Part shown: in pieces, positions 10,980-21,524 of the stretch
How the letters are laid out: each line of letters opens with the position of its first letter
How positions within the stretch are numbered: the stretch's first letter is position 1
IMG/VR virus record: IMGVR_UViG_3300045526_000254
Coordinates: 27,013-91,012 of that record
Length of the DNA stretch: 64,000 bases
Source of the DNA: a virus
Taxonomy: Duplodnaviria; Caudoviricetes
Direction: 5' to 3' (one strand)
Notes under the pieces: model-generated
Seen by the model: the letters and a program-made list of their open reading frames with translations, nothing else
What the model was told of the DNA's origin: nothing
Database searches by the model: none
Translations under genes and position numbers: made by a program

Positions 10980-12443
10980 ATGTCCCATTTGATTATTTCA
11001 AAAAAGAATGAGGTGTTCCTTCAAGTAAAAGCAGAACCTCATGTCTATTATGAACTCTCAGACCAATTCACATTTGATGTCCCAAATGCAAAATTTGCTC
11101 CGGCATATAAGAACAAATGGTGGGACGGAAAAATTCGTTTATTTAATACCCAAACTGGAGAAATATACATTGGGTTATTAGATAAAATTGTTCGTTTTTG
11201 TGAAAACCACAATTATACATACGAATTTAAAAATAATAAATTTTATGGACTTCCTTTTGAGGTAAATGAACGCATCTCAAAAGAAGGTGTAAAAGATTAT
11301 ATGAATTCTATATGCAAGTATGCTCCCCGTGAGTACCAAGTTGAGGGAGTATACGACGCTTTAAGACATAATCGCAAATTATTGATATCTCCAACTGCTT
11401 CTGGAAAGTCGTTGATGATATACTCAATTGTGAGATATTACGTTGAGAAAGGACAAAATATTCTGATAGTCGTCCCGACGACATCCCTTGTAGAACAGAT
11501 GTATAAAGACTTTGCAGATTATGGGTGGGACGTGGGTTCATATTGCCACAAAATATACGCTGGAAAAGAAAGAGAAACAGACTCTCAGGTGATTATCACT
11601 ACCTGGCAGTCCATCTACAAACTTCCCCGTCAATACTTCTCAAGATTCAATGTGGTCGTTGGAGATGAAGCACACCAGTTTAAATCAAAGTCATTAGTAT
11701 CTATAATGACAAAACTTTCTGATGCAAAATATCGTTTTGGATTTACCGGAACATTAGATGGATCTCAAACACACAAATGGGTTTTGGAAGGTTTGTTTGG
11801 ACCATCTTATAAAATTATTCGCACTGATGAGTTAATGCAAAAAGGTCATGTTGCAACCTTAGATATTAATATTCTTCTACTCAAACATTCACCTAATCGA
11901 TTCGAAACTTTTGAGGATGAGGTTCAATATATTATTCGTCATGAAAGACGCAATAAATTTATAAAAAATCTTGCACTCGATCTTAAAGGAAATACTTTAA
12001 TTCTCTTTTCAAGAGTTGAAGATCATGGACAACCTTTATATGAACTAATAAATAGTAGCAAGTTTGATAATCGTCAGGTGTTTTTTGTTCATGGTGGAGT
12101 GAGTACCGAAGACAGAGAAAATGTAAGAGCAATCACTGAAAATGAAGAGAATGCAATCATTGTGGCTTCATATGGTACTTTTAGTACGGGAATTAACATT
12201 AAAAATTTACATAATGTTATTTTTGCTTCACCTTCAAAATCTAAAATTCGTAATCTCCAATCAATTGGAAGAGTTTTAAGAAAAGGAAACAACAAAACAA
12301 AAGCAATTTTATATGATATTGCCGATGACATTAGTTATAAATCAAGAAAAAATTATACTTTAAATCATCTAATTGAACGCATTAAAATATATAATGAAGA
12401 AAACTTTAATTACGATATTGTAAATATACCTTTTAAAGACTGA
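10980..12443 (+). CDS. uvsW: SF2 DNA helicase
   Basis: SPTASGKS, DEAH, QSIGRVLR. Confidence 0.96.
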   Translation: MSHLIISKKNEVFLQVKAEPHVYYELSDQFTFDVPNAKFAPAYKNKWWDGKIRLFNTQTGEIYIGLLDKIVRFCENHNYTYEFKNNKFYGLPFEVNERISKEGVKDYMNSICKYAPREYQVEGVYDALRHNRKLLISPTASGKSLMIYSIVRYYVEKGQNILIVVPTTSLVEQMYKDFADYGWDVGSYCHKIYAGKERETDSQVIITTWQSIYKLPRQYFSRFNVVVGDEAHQFKSKSLVSIMTKLSDAKYRFGFTGTLDGSQTHKWVLEGLFGPSYKIIRTDELMQKGHVATLDINILLLKHSPNRFETFEDEVQYIIRHERRNKFIKNLALDLKGNTLILFSRVEDHGQPLYELINSSKFDNRQVFFVHGGVSTEDRENVRAITENEENAIIVASYGTFSTGINIKNLHNVIFASPSKSKIRNLQSIGRVLRKGNNKTKAILYDIADDISYKSRKNYTLNHLIERIKIYNEENFNYDIVNIPFKD

Positions 12444-12850
12444 TGGGAGAAGAGTTTTACGCAATTATTAAACTAGTATCAGGAGAAGAAATTCTATCAT
12501 TAATTATGATAGATGATAATGATAATGATCCAATCATAGTACTTCAAAATCCTGTGACAATGAAAATGCAACAAAATCAACATGGAACTTTTCTAAAAGT
12601 AAAACCATGGATTGAAATGTCTGATGATGATTTTTTTATTATTAGACCTGATAAAGTTATTACAATGACTGAAACTAATGATAATAAATTAATTGATATC
12701 TACAACAAATATATTACTGATGATGAAACTTTAGATGAACATAATTCATCAGGACAAGTAAAACCATCATCTAAGATGGGATATATTTCTTCTGTAGAAG
12801 ATGCTCGTAAAAGACTTGAAGATTTATTTAAAGGCCTTAAAGAAAGCTAG
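12443..12850 (+). CDS. Conserved Sm-like hypothetical protein
   Basis: IKLVSGEEI...NP motif; between uvsW and gp55. Confidence 0.65.
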   Translation: MGEEFYAIIKLVSGEEILSLIMIDDNDNDPIIVLQNPVTMKMQQNQHGTFLKVKPWIEMSDDDFFIIRPDKVITMTETNDNKLIDIYNKYITDDETLDEHNSSGQVKPSSKMGYISSVEDARKRLEDLFKGLKES

Positions 12851-12960
12851 ATTCTCATCTTCATCGGTAACAAACCTAGTCTACTTAGTTTTTAGTGTCT
12901 TGTCAAGCCCTTTATTTCTGTGCTATAATAAAGAAAAATTCAATAGATGAAACCAATGTT

Positions 12961-13479
12961 ATGCCAAAAAAGAAAACAGAACATTATGTAAATAATAAAG
13001 AACTATTGGAAGCTCTTATAGTCTATAGATCTAAAGTAGAATCCGATTTTTCTAAAAGAAATTCAAGACTTCCAACCAGGGAAGATAGAGCAAAACATTG
13101 GGATGGAAAACCACCAATTCCAAATTATTTGGGAGAGTGTTTTTTAAAGATTGCAACACACCTTTCTTATAAACCAAATTTTGTAAATTATATGTTTCGT
13201 GAGGATATGATTTCTGATGGAATAGAAAATTGTGTTCAGTATATTCATAATTTTGATCCAGAAAAATCAAATAATCCTTTCGCATATTTTACTCAAATTA
13301 TTCATTATGCTTTTTTGAGGAGAATTCAAAAGGAAAAAAAGCAATTAGATATTAAAACAAAAATTATTGAAAAAACTGGATATTCTGAAGTTATGATGAT
13401 TGATGATAGTTTGCTTTCTGGACATAGTTCGGAGTATAATTCCATTAAAGACAATATTTCTTATCGTAATAATCGATGA
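12961..13479 (+). CDS. gp55: Late sigma factor
   Basis: HYVNNKE, FDPEKSNNPFAYFTQIIHYAFLRRIQKEKKQ; start moved to MPKKK. Confidence 0.95.
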   Translation: MPKKKTEHYVNNKELLEALIVYRSKVESDFSKRNSRLPTREDRAKHWDGKPPIPNYLGECFLKIATHLSYKPNFVNYMFREDMISDGIENCVQYIHNFDPEKSNNPFAYFTQIIHYAFLRRIQKEKKQLDIKTKIIEKTGYSEVMMIDDSLLSGHSSEYNSIKDNISYRNNR

Positions 13480-14516
13480 CAAAAATTGCCTGCATAACTG
13501 ACACGCACTGGTCGGCAAAAAAATCTTCAAGACATCTACATGATTATTTTGAACTCTTTTATAAGAATATATTTTTTCCAAGTTTAAAAAAGCATGGAAT
13601 TACTACGGTTATTCATATGGGAGATGCATTTGATAATCGTAAAAGTATAGATTTTTGGGGACTGGAATGGACTAGAAGAGTTGTATTAGAACCTCTTAGG
13701 GAATATGAAACTCATATGATTGTGGGAAATCATGATATTTTCTTTCGCAATTCTACAGAGGTTAATTCCCCAAAACTTTTGCTAAAGGACTATCCAAATA
13801 TTAAAGTTTATAATTCTCCACAAACTGTCAATATTGGAAATTTAGATATTATGATGGTTCCTTGGATATGTGATAATAATTATGATGAAACTATGAAACA
13901 CATTCAAAAAACCAAAGCAAGAGTTGCATTTGGTCATTTAGAATTTCAAGGATTTCGAGTTAATCGAAACATGATTATGGAAAATCATGGATTGGATTCT
14001 AAAATTTTTGATAAATTTGCAAAAGTTTTTTCCGGACATTATCATACTCGTTCTGATAATGGAAAAATCTTTTATCTTGGTAATCCTTATGAAATGTATT
14101 GGACTGATGTGAATGATACTAGAGGATTCCATATTTTTGATACGGAAACTCTTGATCATACTCCAATTAATAATCCTTATAAATTATTTCATAACATTTA
14201 TTATGAAGATACTCCGTATCAATTATTTGATGCCACAGAATATGAAAGTAAAATTGTTAAAGTTATTGTTCGTAAAAAAACAAAACCTAAACATTTTGAA
14301 AAGTTTATTGATAAACTTTATTCGGTGGGAGTTCAAGATCTTAAAATCATAGAAAATTTTAATATTCAAGAAAATGAGAATTTTGAAATTGATGAGGATG
14401 AAAATACATTGTCAATTTTGAATAGGTATATTGATGAATCAGAATTTGAATATGATAAAACAACTATCAAAGATATCTTTCAAAATATCTATAAACAAGC
14501 TTGCGAAGTAGAATAA
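13476..14516 (+). CDS. gp47: Recombination endonuclease (Mre11-like)
   Basis: ITDTHW, MGDAFD, GNHD, FSGHYH. Confidence 0.95.
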   Translation: MTKIACITDTHWSAKKSSRHLHDYFELFYKNIFFPSLKKHGITTVIHMGDAFDNRKSIDFWGLEWTRRVVLEPLREYETHMIVGNHDIFFRNSTEVNSPKLLLKDYPNIKVYNSPQTVNIGNLDIMMVPWICDNNYDETMKHIQKTKARVAFGHLEFQGFRVNRNMIMENHGLDSKIFDKFAKVFSGHYHTRSDNGKIFYLGNPYEMYWTDVNDTRGFHIFDTETLDHTPINNPYKLFHNIYYEDTPYQLFDATEYESKIVKVIVRKKTKPKHFEKFIDKLYSVGVQDLKIIENFNIQENENFEIDEDENTLSILNRYIDESEFEYDKTTIKDIFQNIYKQACEVE

Positions 14517-14517
14517 A

Positions 14518-14787
14518 ATGTTTCTTCTTACTCTTAAAGGTAGAAAAGATGATGGGGCATATGCAGTTCAGGATCAATATGGGCATAAGGTTTTATTTTT
14601 ATTTGAAGAGGAAGATGATGCCGTTAGATATGCTCTTCAATTAGAAGATCAAGAAGAAACTGAAATGGAAGTTGTTGAAGTTGATGAAGAACTTGCCATA
14701 AAAACATGTAAATTGTACAATTATAAGTATACTGTTATAACTCCTGAAGACATTGTAATTCCACCTAAAAATGTTAGTATTTCATAA
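14518..14787 (+). CDS. Conserved hypothetical protein
   Basis: 89-aa ORF between gp47 and gp46. Confidence 0.75.
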   Translation: MFLLTLKGRKDDGAYAVQDQYGHKVLFLFEEEDDAVRYALQLEDQEETEMEVVEVDEELAIKTCKLYNYKYTVITPEDIVIPPKNVSIS

Positions 14788-14857
14788 TGAAGAGTATCGA
14801 CAAAAAATGAGTGAAGCAGCAAAAAATAGAAAGAAAAAAAAAGTTGACAACAATTAG
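14771..14857 (+). pseudogene. 28-codon remnant: gp46-like start (MLVFH) fused to a NUMOD3-like peptide
   Basis: MLVFHNEEYRQKMSEAAKNRKKKKVDNN*. Confidence 0.45.
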
Positions 14858-14872
14858 TTTTACTGATATGAT
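14844..14872 (+). promoter_or_regulatory. Sigma70-like promoter for gp46
   Basis: TTGACA-17 nt-TATGAT. Confidence 0.65.
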
Positions 14873-14895
14873 GTCCTTATTAAATTTTGATTCTT

Positions 14896-16611
14896 GTGAT
14901 TACATTTAAGAAAATCCGTTATAAGAATTTTTTAAGTTCTGGCAATCAATTTACAGAAATTGATTTTTTTTCTAATAAAACAAATTTAATTATTGGGACT
15001 AATGGTGCTGGAAAATCGACACTTTTAGATGCCCTAACTTTTGCTCTATTCAACAAGGCATTTAGGAAAATTAATAAAAATCAACTTATTAATGCAACTA
15101 ATGAAAAAGATTGCGTGGTGGAAATCGAGTTTTCCATCAACAGTAGAGAGTATCTTGTTCGTCGTGGAATTAAACCGAATATATTCGACATCGAAGTTAA
15201 TGGTTCTCCGTTACATAAAGAGGCGGATGATCGTGCCAATCAAAGGATCCTTGAGGAAAATATTCTCAAGGTAAATTATAAGTCTTTTACTCAAATCGTA
15301 ATCCTTGGCAGTAGCACGTTTGTTCCTTTTATGCAACTCACAACTGCAAATCGTCGTGAAGTGATTGAGGATCTTCTGGATATTCGCATCTTCTCTGCGA
15401 TGAATAATCTCATCAAGGATCGCATTCGCACTCAGAAGGAGCAGATCAAATCTCTTGAGTTGCGTAAAGAGAATATCAAAGATAAAATGAAGATGCAGCA
15501 AAACTTCATCGAAGAACTGGAGAACCGTGGAAATGCCAATATCAAAACCAATAAACGGAAAATTTCCGATTTAGATAAGGAAATTGAACTTTATATGACT
15601 GAGAATGCAAAGACAGAGGAACAGGTCTTTGCCTACACTAAAGATCAGGAAGAGGTTGTTGGTGCTGATGACAAGTTAGTAAAACTCAACAATCTGAAGG
15701 GTAAATTATCTCAGAAAGTATCAGTCATTACCAAAGAGCATAAGTTCTTTAATGAAAATACGGTTTGTCCCACTTGCACTCAGACTATTGAAGAAGAGTT
15801 TCGGTTAAATAGAATAGCAGACGCTCAAAATAAAGCAAAGGAACTCCAGAAAGGTTTTCAGGAACTTGAGGAGACTATAAAGTTAGAACAAGAACGAGAG
15901 CGTCAATTTCTAGTTCTATCCAAGGAGATTACGAAACTCAACCATGAGATTTCTCAAAACAATACTCGGATTTCCCTCAACCAGAGACAAATACGAGAAC
16001 TTGAACACGAAATTCAAACTATTACCGAACAACTTGAAAATCGAAATACTGAACATGAGAAGTTAGAAGAATTTAAAGAAAATCTCCAAAAAACATTAGA
16101 AGACCTTTCAAAGAAAAAAGAAGAAATCGTTTATTACGATTTTGCCTATTCCTTACTCAAGGATGATGGCGTAAAAACAAAGATTATTAAGAAGTATCTT
16201 CCGTTCATAAATCAGCAGGTCAATCGTTATCTTCAGATGATGGATTTCTATATTAATTTTGAATTGGATTCTGAATTTAATGAAAGAGTTAAATCTCCTA
16301 TTCACGAAGACTTCTCATATTCTTCCTTTTCTGAAGGTGAGAAGGCACGTATAGACCTTGCTTTGCTTTTTTCCTGGCGTGAAGTAGCAAGAGTCAAAAA
16401 CTCCGTAAATTGTAATATCCTCATATTTGATGAAGTTTTTGATGGGTCACTTGATGGATTTGGTGCAGATGAATTCTTGAAAATTATTAGATATGTCGTT
16501 AAAGATACTAATGTATTTGTAATTTCTCATAAATCGGATCTTCAAGATAAATTTGATCGCACAATTAAATTTGAAAAGAAAAGTGGATTTTCATATAAGA
16601 CCGAGGCATAG
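14896..16611 (+). CDS. gp46: Recombination ATPase (Rad50-like); probable GTG start
   Basis: GTNGAGKST, SFSEGEKARIDLAL, LIFDEVFD. Confidence 0.95.
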   Translation: MITFKKIRYKNFLSSGNQFTEIDFFSNKTNLIIGTNGAGKSTLLDALTFALFNKAFRKINKNQLINATNEKDCVVEIEFSINSREYLVRRGIKPNIFDIEVNGSPLHKEADDRANQRILEENILKVNYKSFTQIVILGSSTFVPFMQLTTANRREVIEDLLDIRIFSAMNNLIKDRIRTQKEQIKSLELRKENIKDKMKMQQNFIEELENRGNANIKTNKRKISDLDKEIELYMTENAKTEEQVFAYTKDQEEVVGADDKLVKLNNLKGKLSQKVSVITKEHKFFNENTVCPTCTQTIEEEFRLNRIADAQNKAKELQKGFQELEETIKLEQERERQFLVLSKEITKLNHEISQNNTRISLNQRQIRELEHEIQTITEQLENRNTEHEKLEEFKENLQKTLEDLSKKKEEIVYYDFAYSLLKDDGVKTKIIKKYLPFINQQVNRYLQMMDFYINFELDSEFNERVKSPIHEDFSYSSFSEGEKARIDLALLFSWREVARVKNSVNCNILIFDEVFDGSLDGFGADEFLKIIRYVVKDTNVFVISHKSDLQDKFDRTIKFEKKSGFSYKTEA

Positions 16612-16684
16612 GACACTTTCTAAACCGGACCCCCTTGACTTCTGTCAACATAGATAGTAGTGTGTCCTCACAAGCACAAGACTA

Positions 16685-16825
16685 ATGCAAGTACCAAATC
16701 GCTATCACCATTCTAAGAAAGAGCAGAAGCGGAAACTCAAACCGCAAGCACTCCGACAAGCAAAGGCACGTCGCCAAGCACTCAAGAAGCGTCTCCGTGC
16801 TGGAGACGCTTTTTTTCATAAATAA
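16685..16825 (+). CDS. Small basic protein (46 aa)
   Basis: Hand-translated MQVPNRYHHSKKEQKRKLKPQALRQAKARRQ...; promoter TTGACT at 16634. Confidence 0.6.
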   Translation: MQVPNRYHHSKKEQKRKLKPQALRQAKARRQALKKRLRAGDAFFHK

Positions 16826-16843
16826 CTAAAAACTTTTATTCTA

Positions 16844-17590
16844 ATGAGAGATCAAGAATTTACAGACCTGCAAGAAGCTTATGCTAGAATATGGGAATAT
16901 CAAGGTGAGTTAGTTTCGGAGGAAAGACCCGCAAGAAGAAAACCATCAGAAAGTTATGACAAAGTGAAAAAAGAAATTGATGCAAAAAATAAAACTGAAC
17001 GTGGTATTACTGGTGGTAGGGTACCTAAACCACTTACTGCTAAACAACAACATGAACTTGAAAAGAGAAGAAGAAAAGAAGAGCAAAAAAGAAAAGGAGA
17101 AGTGCCGGGTGGAGATTTTACACAATATAGAATGACCGGAAGTAGAGGACATGGTTCTGAATATTCAGTCAATTCTGGTAACCCTAGAATTTCTTATAGA
17201 CATAATGAAGAATATTTAATTGATTATCTTTTGGGTGAAGGTTTTGCCTTTAATGAAAAATCAGCACAGGCAATCTACAGTGCAATGAGTGAAGAATGGA
17301 AGCAGAGTATTGCTGAAGAAATTGGAATTGTTGGTCCGCCAAAAAAGGGAATTGATAAAATTCCAGGAGTTCGTGGGTTGAGAATTGCTGCATCAAACGC
17401 TGTTAAAGCATCCGATTATCCTGCAGGGCAAAATGTTCCTATGGCAGGTAAGCATGTAATTCCAACAGAACGTTCTACCCCAGCAGTTGCTAAAAGTAGA
17501 CCATATACTAGATCTGAAATAAATCAAGGTGCTCTATCTGGAGTAACTGGTAATAGAGCAGTTGGATTTAAAGATATTAGTGGAGATTGA
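16844..17590 (+). CDS. Late modular protein (EGF/EGY..MSEEW module family)
   Basis: YLLGEGFAFNEKSAQAIYSAMSEEW; ATAAATA upstream. Confidence 0.7.
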   Translation: MRDQEFTDLQEAYARIWEYQGELVSEERPARRKPSESYDKVKKEIDAKNKTERGITGGRVPKPLTAKQQHELEKRRRKEEQKRKGEVPGGDFTQYRMTGSRGHGSEYSVNSGNPRISYRHNEEYLIDYLLGEGFAFNEKSAQAIYSAMSEEWKQSIAEEIGIVGPPKKGIDKIPGVRGLRIAASNAVKASDYPAGQNVPMAGKHVIPTERSTPAVAKSRPYTRSEINQGALSGVTGNRAVGFKDISGD

Positions 17591-17669
17591 GGGACACTTC
17601 CAAAACTGGCACACTAGAGGGTTTCACCACCCTCTTTTTTTGTATGATACTCTCATACGCAATAAACCA

Positions 17670-19820
17670 ATGTCCGTCAATCACGAAATCAAATCTCAAC
17701 TCGCCAAACTCCTTGCCACCGAAGATCTTGTGGTTGAGCACAAGAAAGTAGACACTGCTCAGTTCAATGTTCACACCCGCGTGCTTACTCTTCCCATGTG
17801 GGAGAAGGCAAGCAACACTGTTTATGATCTTCTGGTTGGACATGAAGTAGGTCATGCACTTTATACACCTGACGTGGATTGGTTGAAGGATCGTAAGATT
17901 CCTCCACAGTTTGTCAATGTTGTGGAGGATGCCCGTATTGAGAAACTGATGAAGCGGCGTTATGCTGGTCTTGCCAAGACCTTCTATGCTGGTTATAAGG
18001 AATTGTCTGATCAGGATTTCTTCTCTCTAGAAGATGATGATCTGAGTACCTATAATCTTGCCGATCGTGCAAATCTGTGGTTCAAGATTGGCAATTTCAT
18101 CAACGTTCCGATTTTGAATGGTGAGGAAACTGAAATCATCAATATGATTGCCGATAGTCAAACTTTTGATGATGTTCTGGATGCTGCTGAAGCACTTTAT
18201 AAGTACTGCAAGCAATCCAAAAAACAAAAAAATATTAATGATCTTCAGGGTGATCAACCTCAGGATTATAATCCTAACCCTAACAACTCTGCCTCTGATT
18301 TTTCTGATCAGGAAGAGGGCGAGAATAATGTAGATGAGTCTAATGAATCTTTTGAAGATTCTGATGTAGATGAGTCTAATGAATCTTTTGAAGATTCTGA
18401 TGTAGATGAGTCTAATGAATCTTTTGAAGATTCTGATGAGGGTGGTGGAGAAGAGAATGAACCTCAAGTGACGACAATGGATTCTCTTGAAGATTCTATT
18501 AAGAATCTTGTAGGGAATTCCAGTTATGATAATATCTATATTGAGATTCCCAAACTGGATCTTGATAAAATTATCATACCTAACTCTGAAATTCATTCAA
18601 ATTGTAAGAAAGAATGGATTAATGTTCCAATTGACGACTTTGAATTTGTTGATAGGAAGTATTCAGAATTCAAGCATTCTGCACAAAAGGAAGTTAATTA
18701 TCTGGTAAAAGAGTTTGAATGTCGCAAGGCAGCAGATTCTTATGCTCGTGCATCAGTTTCTAAGACTGGTGTTCTTGATTGCTCCAAACTTCATTCCTAC
18801 AAATATACTGAGGATATCTTCAAGAAAGTAACCACACTTGCCGATGGTAAAAATCACGGGCTTGTGTTTATTCTTGATTGGTCTGGTTCTATGAGTGATG
18901 TGATGCTGGATACGGTTAAGCAACTCTTTAATCTGATTTGGTTTTGTAAAAAGGTTTCTATTCCTTTTGAGGTTTATGCTTTTACAAATGACTACCCTCT
19001 TGTAAAGTATGATCAGGATGGTAAGGCAAAACTTCGTATGAGTTCCTATGAGAAGAAAAATGGAGTTTTTCATATCGCGGAATGGTTTTCTCTGATGAAC
19101 ATTCTCACCAGTAAGGTGAATGGTAGTACGCTCGAAGTTCAAATGAAGAACATCTTTCGTATTGCCCATTCCTTTAATCACTATCCTTCATTCAATATTC
19201 CCACTGGTATGAGTCTTTCTGGCACTCCTTTGAATGAGAGTCTGATTGCTCTTCATCAAATTCTTCCTAAGTTTCAGAAAGAAAACAAACTACAGAAAGT
19301 TCAATGTGTTATTTTGACTGACGGTGAAGGATATCATCTTAAGTATCATTGTGAAGTAAATCGTAGTTGGGAAAGGGATTCCTTCATTGGAGTGAATAGT
19401 ATTCCTTACAATGCTTATTTGAGAGATCGTAAAACCGGAAATACTTATGTACTTAATGGTTTTGATCCAACTACTACTCTTCTTCGAAATCTTAGAGATA
19501 ACTTTGTCGATATTAACTTCATCGGCATTCGTATTCTTGGTAAAAATGTTTGTAATTTTATTCGCCGTTATACTCTTACTGATAATTCAGAATATCTTAA
19601 GGCGATGAATTCTTGGAAAAAAGAAAAGGCATTTTCTATTAGAAATTCTGGATATCATATTTACTTTGGACTTTCTTCAAGTGCCATGGATCAGTCTTCT
19701 GAGTTTTCAGTATGTGAAAATGCAACTAAATCTCAAATTAAAAATTCTTTTATTAAAAGATTGAAGAGTAAAAAAATGAACAAGCGTATCTTGAATGAGT
19801 TTATTGGTCTTGTGGTTTAA
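17670..19820 (+). CDS. Metallopeptidase-like + vWA domain protein (CobT-like partner of MoxR ATPase)
   Basis: HEVGH, VEDARIE, MIDAS DWSGS and LTDGE; start moved to MSVNHE. Confidence 0.85.
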   Translation: MSVNHEIKSQLAKLLATEDLVVEHKKVDTAQFNVHTRVLTLPMWEKASNTVYDLLVGHEVGHALYTPDVDWLKDRKIPPQFVNVVEDARIEKLMKRRYAGLAKTFYAGYKELSDQDFFSLEDDDLSTYNLADRANLWFKIGNFINVPILNGEETEIINMIADSQTFDDVLDAAEALYKYCKQSKKQKNINDLQGDQPQDYNPNPNNSASDFSDQEEGENNVDESNESFEDSDVDESNESFEDSDVDESNESFEDSDEGGGEENEPQVTTMDSLEDSIKNLVGNSSYDNIYIEIPKLDLDKIIIPNSEIHSNCKKEWINVPIDDFEFVDRKYSEFKHSAQKEVNYLVKEFECRKAADSYARASVSKTGVLDCSKLHSYKYTEDIFKKVTTLADGKNHGLVFILDWSGSMSDVMLDTVKQLFNLIWFCKKVSIPFEVYAFTNDYPLVKYDQDGKAKLRMSSYEKKNGVFHIAEWFSLMNILTSKVNGSTLEVQMKNIFRIAHSFNHYPSFNIPTGMSLSGTPLNESLIALHQILPKFQKENKLQKVQCVILTDGEGYHLKYHCEVNRSWERDSFIGVNSIPYNAYLRDRKTGNTYVLNGFDPTTTLLRNLRDNFVDINFIGIRILGKNVCNFIRRYTLTDNSEYLKAMNSWKKEKAFSIRNSGYHIYFGLSSSAMDQSSEFSVCENATKSQIKNSFIKRLKSKKMNKRILNEFIGLVV
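18328..18438 (+). repeat. 36-bp tandem repeat x3 (DVDESNESFEDS)
   Basis: atgtagatgagtctaatgaatcttttgaagattctg repeated three times. Confidence 0.95.
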
Positions 19821-19857
19821 ATTATCTTTAATAAATAGTAAAAAACCAAAAATAGAT

Positions 19858-20166
19858 ATGAAATATCAACTTAAAGAATCTGATGTCAGTGACATTATTG
19901 TATCATATCTTGTAAAAGAAGGTTATGCTAATAATGAAAAAAATGCTGTTGCTATTTTTTGTGCTATGAGTGAGAAATGGAAAAAATCTATTATGGAAGA
20001 GTCTAGACCATTCCCAATAGATAAAGTGTCGGGTAAGGTTGAAAAGTTACATGCAGAATTTAAAAAAAGTATAGGGGATGGAGATCTTATTGGAGCTAGT
20101 AGAATAGCGGGAAGAGTTGGTGCAATTCGGACAGCAGCTTGGGGAGGAGTGAGACCAGCTAATTGA
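19858..20166 (+). CDS. Late modular protein (EGY module)
   Basis: YLVKEGYANNEKNAVAIFCAMSEKW. Confidence 0.7.
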   Translation: MKYQLKESDVSDIIVSYLVKEGYANNEKNAVAIFCAMSEKWKKSIMEESRPFPIDKVSGKVEKLHAEFKKSIGDGDLIGASRIAGRVGAIRTAAWGGVRPAN

Positions 20167-20218
20167 AGTTAATTTTAAATTAAATAAATAATACTTAGAA
20201 AAGTACATAAAAACTTAT

Positions 20219-21280
20219 ATGAATTCCCATCAAATTCAAGATATTCGTCTCATGTACGAGGCGGTTTATAATGATGAACTTAGAGAGAAGGCAGAAGAAT
20301 ATAATAATCAAGTGACTGAGGAAGACATTGTTGAAGTGGCGACTGAGTATTTTTATACTTATGGTTTAAATTCTGATGGTATCGACATCTTAATTGAAAA
20401 GGTTGGATTGGATAACTTTGTAGAATTTGTTTATAGTCTTTCCGAAGATCTTATGGTTCTTAATGAGGCAAGATCTGGTAAATCAAGAATTGAACCAGTT
20501 ACTAAAGGTGGGAAATCAGTTGGATCATTGAAAGGTGGTCAAAAAACTTCTGCAATCAAGCGTCTTCGTAAAGAAAAGGAAGCAAGAAAGGAATCGGAAG
20601 CATCTGCATCTGCAGCAAAACCATCTGGATTAACTGCCGCTCTTAAGAGTCAATCAGTAATTGCAACAAAAGAAAAATCCAAAAAAGCAGCACAAGAAAG
20701 AAAAGAGACTGAAAGAAAAGAACCAGAATCTAAAGGAGCAGATACTGAGGCAAAAACTGAGCAACCCAAATCAAAAAAACCAATTAGAGACGCAATTGCA
20801 AGAAAAATTCTTGCCGGAATGGAGCGTCACCGTAAAGCAACTCAAACTGCTGGAAATCTTGCTAGAGAAACTAAACAGACTTTGGGTAAAATTGTTTCAG
20901 TAACTCATGAAGCAGGTCGTCGTGCAGGTGAGCATGTTAAAAAGCATGGTTGGAAATCACTTGCTAATGAAGAGTTTGAATATTGGGTAAATTCTCTTGT
21001 TGAAGAGGGTTATGATCTGAGTGAATATACTTGGGATGATATGTATGAAATTTACTTGGATGAAGAAGTGAAAAGAACTTCTAAAACGTATGATAGCTTT
21101 GACATTGTTTTAGAACACTTAGTATCTGAGGGTTATGCAGATACCAATGAAGATGCTATTACAATTATGGCAAACATGAGTGAGGAATGGAGAGAAGAGA
21201 TTCTTGATGAAGCAACTCGTCTTTTTTATAAGTTGCAAAAAGAGGAAAAGGTGGTTCTCGAACTGCACGAGCACAGTTGA
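20219..21280 (+). CDS. Late modular protein with EEGYDLSEYTW and EGYA modules; may extend to 21429 by frameshift
   Basis: Repeated modules shared with the 48368 and 51019 ORFs. Confidence 0.75.
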   Translation: MNSHQIQDIRLMYEAVYNDELREKAEEYNNQVTEEDIVEVATEYFYTYGLNSDGIDILIEKVGLDNFVEFVYSLSEDLMVLNEARSGKSRIEPVTKGGKSVGSLKGGQKTSAIKRLRKEKEARKESEASASAAKPSGLTAALKSQSVIATKEKSKKAAQERKETERKEPESKGADTEAKTEQPKSKKPIRDAIARKILAGMERHRKATQTAGNLARETKQTLGKIVSVTHEAGRRAGEHVKKHGWKSLANEEFEYWVNSLVEEGYDLSEYTWDDMYEIYLDEEVKRTSKTYDSFDIVLEHLVSEGYADTNEDAITIMANMSEEWREEILDEATRLFYKLQKEEKVVLELHEHS

Positions 21281-21524
21281 CATCTGATGCTGATCTGCAA
21301 AGACAAAAAAATAAAGAAATAATGCAGCAACAAACAAGACAAAGACAAGAAAGAGAACCAGAACCACAAGAAAATGAAAGAGATCATGGATCAATGAGTG
21401 CTGCTGAAAGAAATCGATCAATGCGTTGATAGTGCCAATTTCAAAACTGTCACAGGGGGCACTAACTGCCCCCTTTTTTGTGTGTATAATATGAGAGTTC
21501 AAATGAAACGACCCTAATTACATC

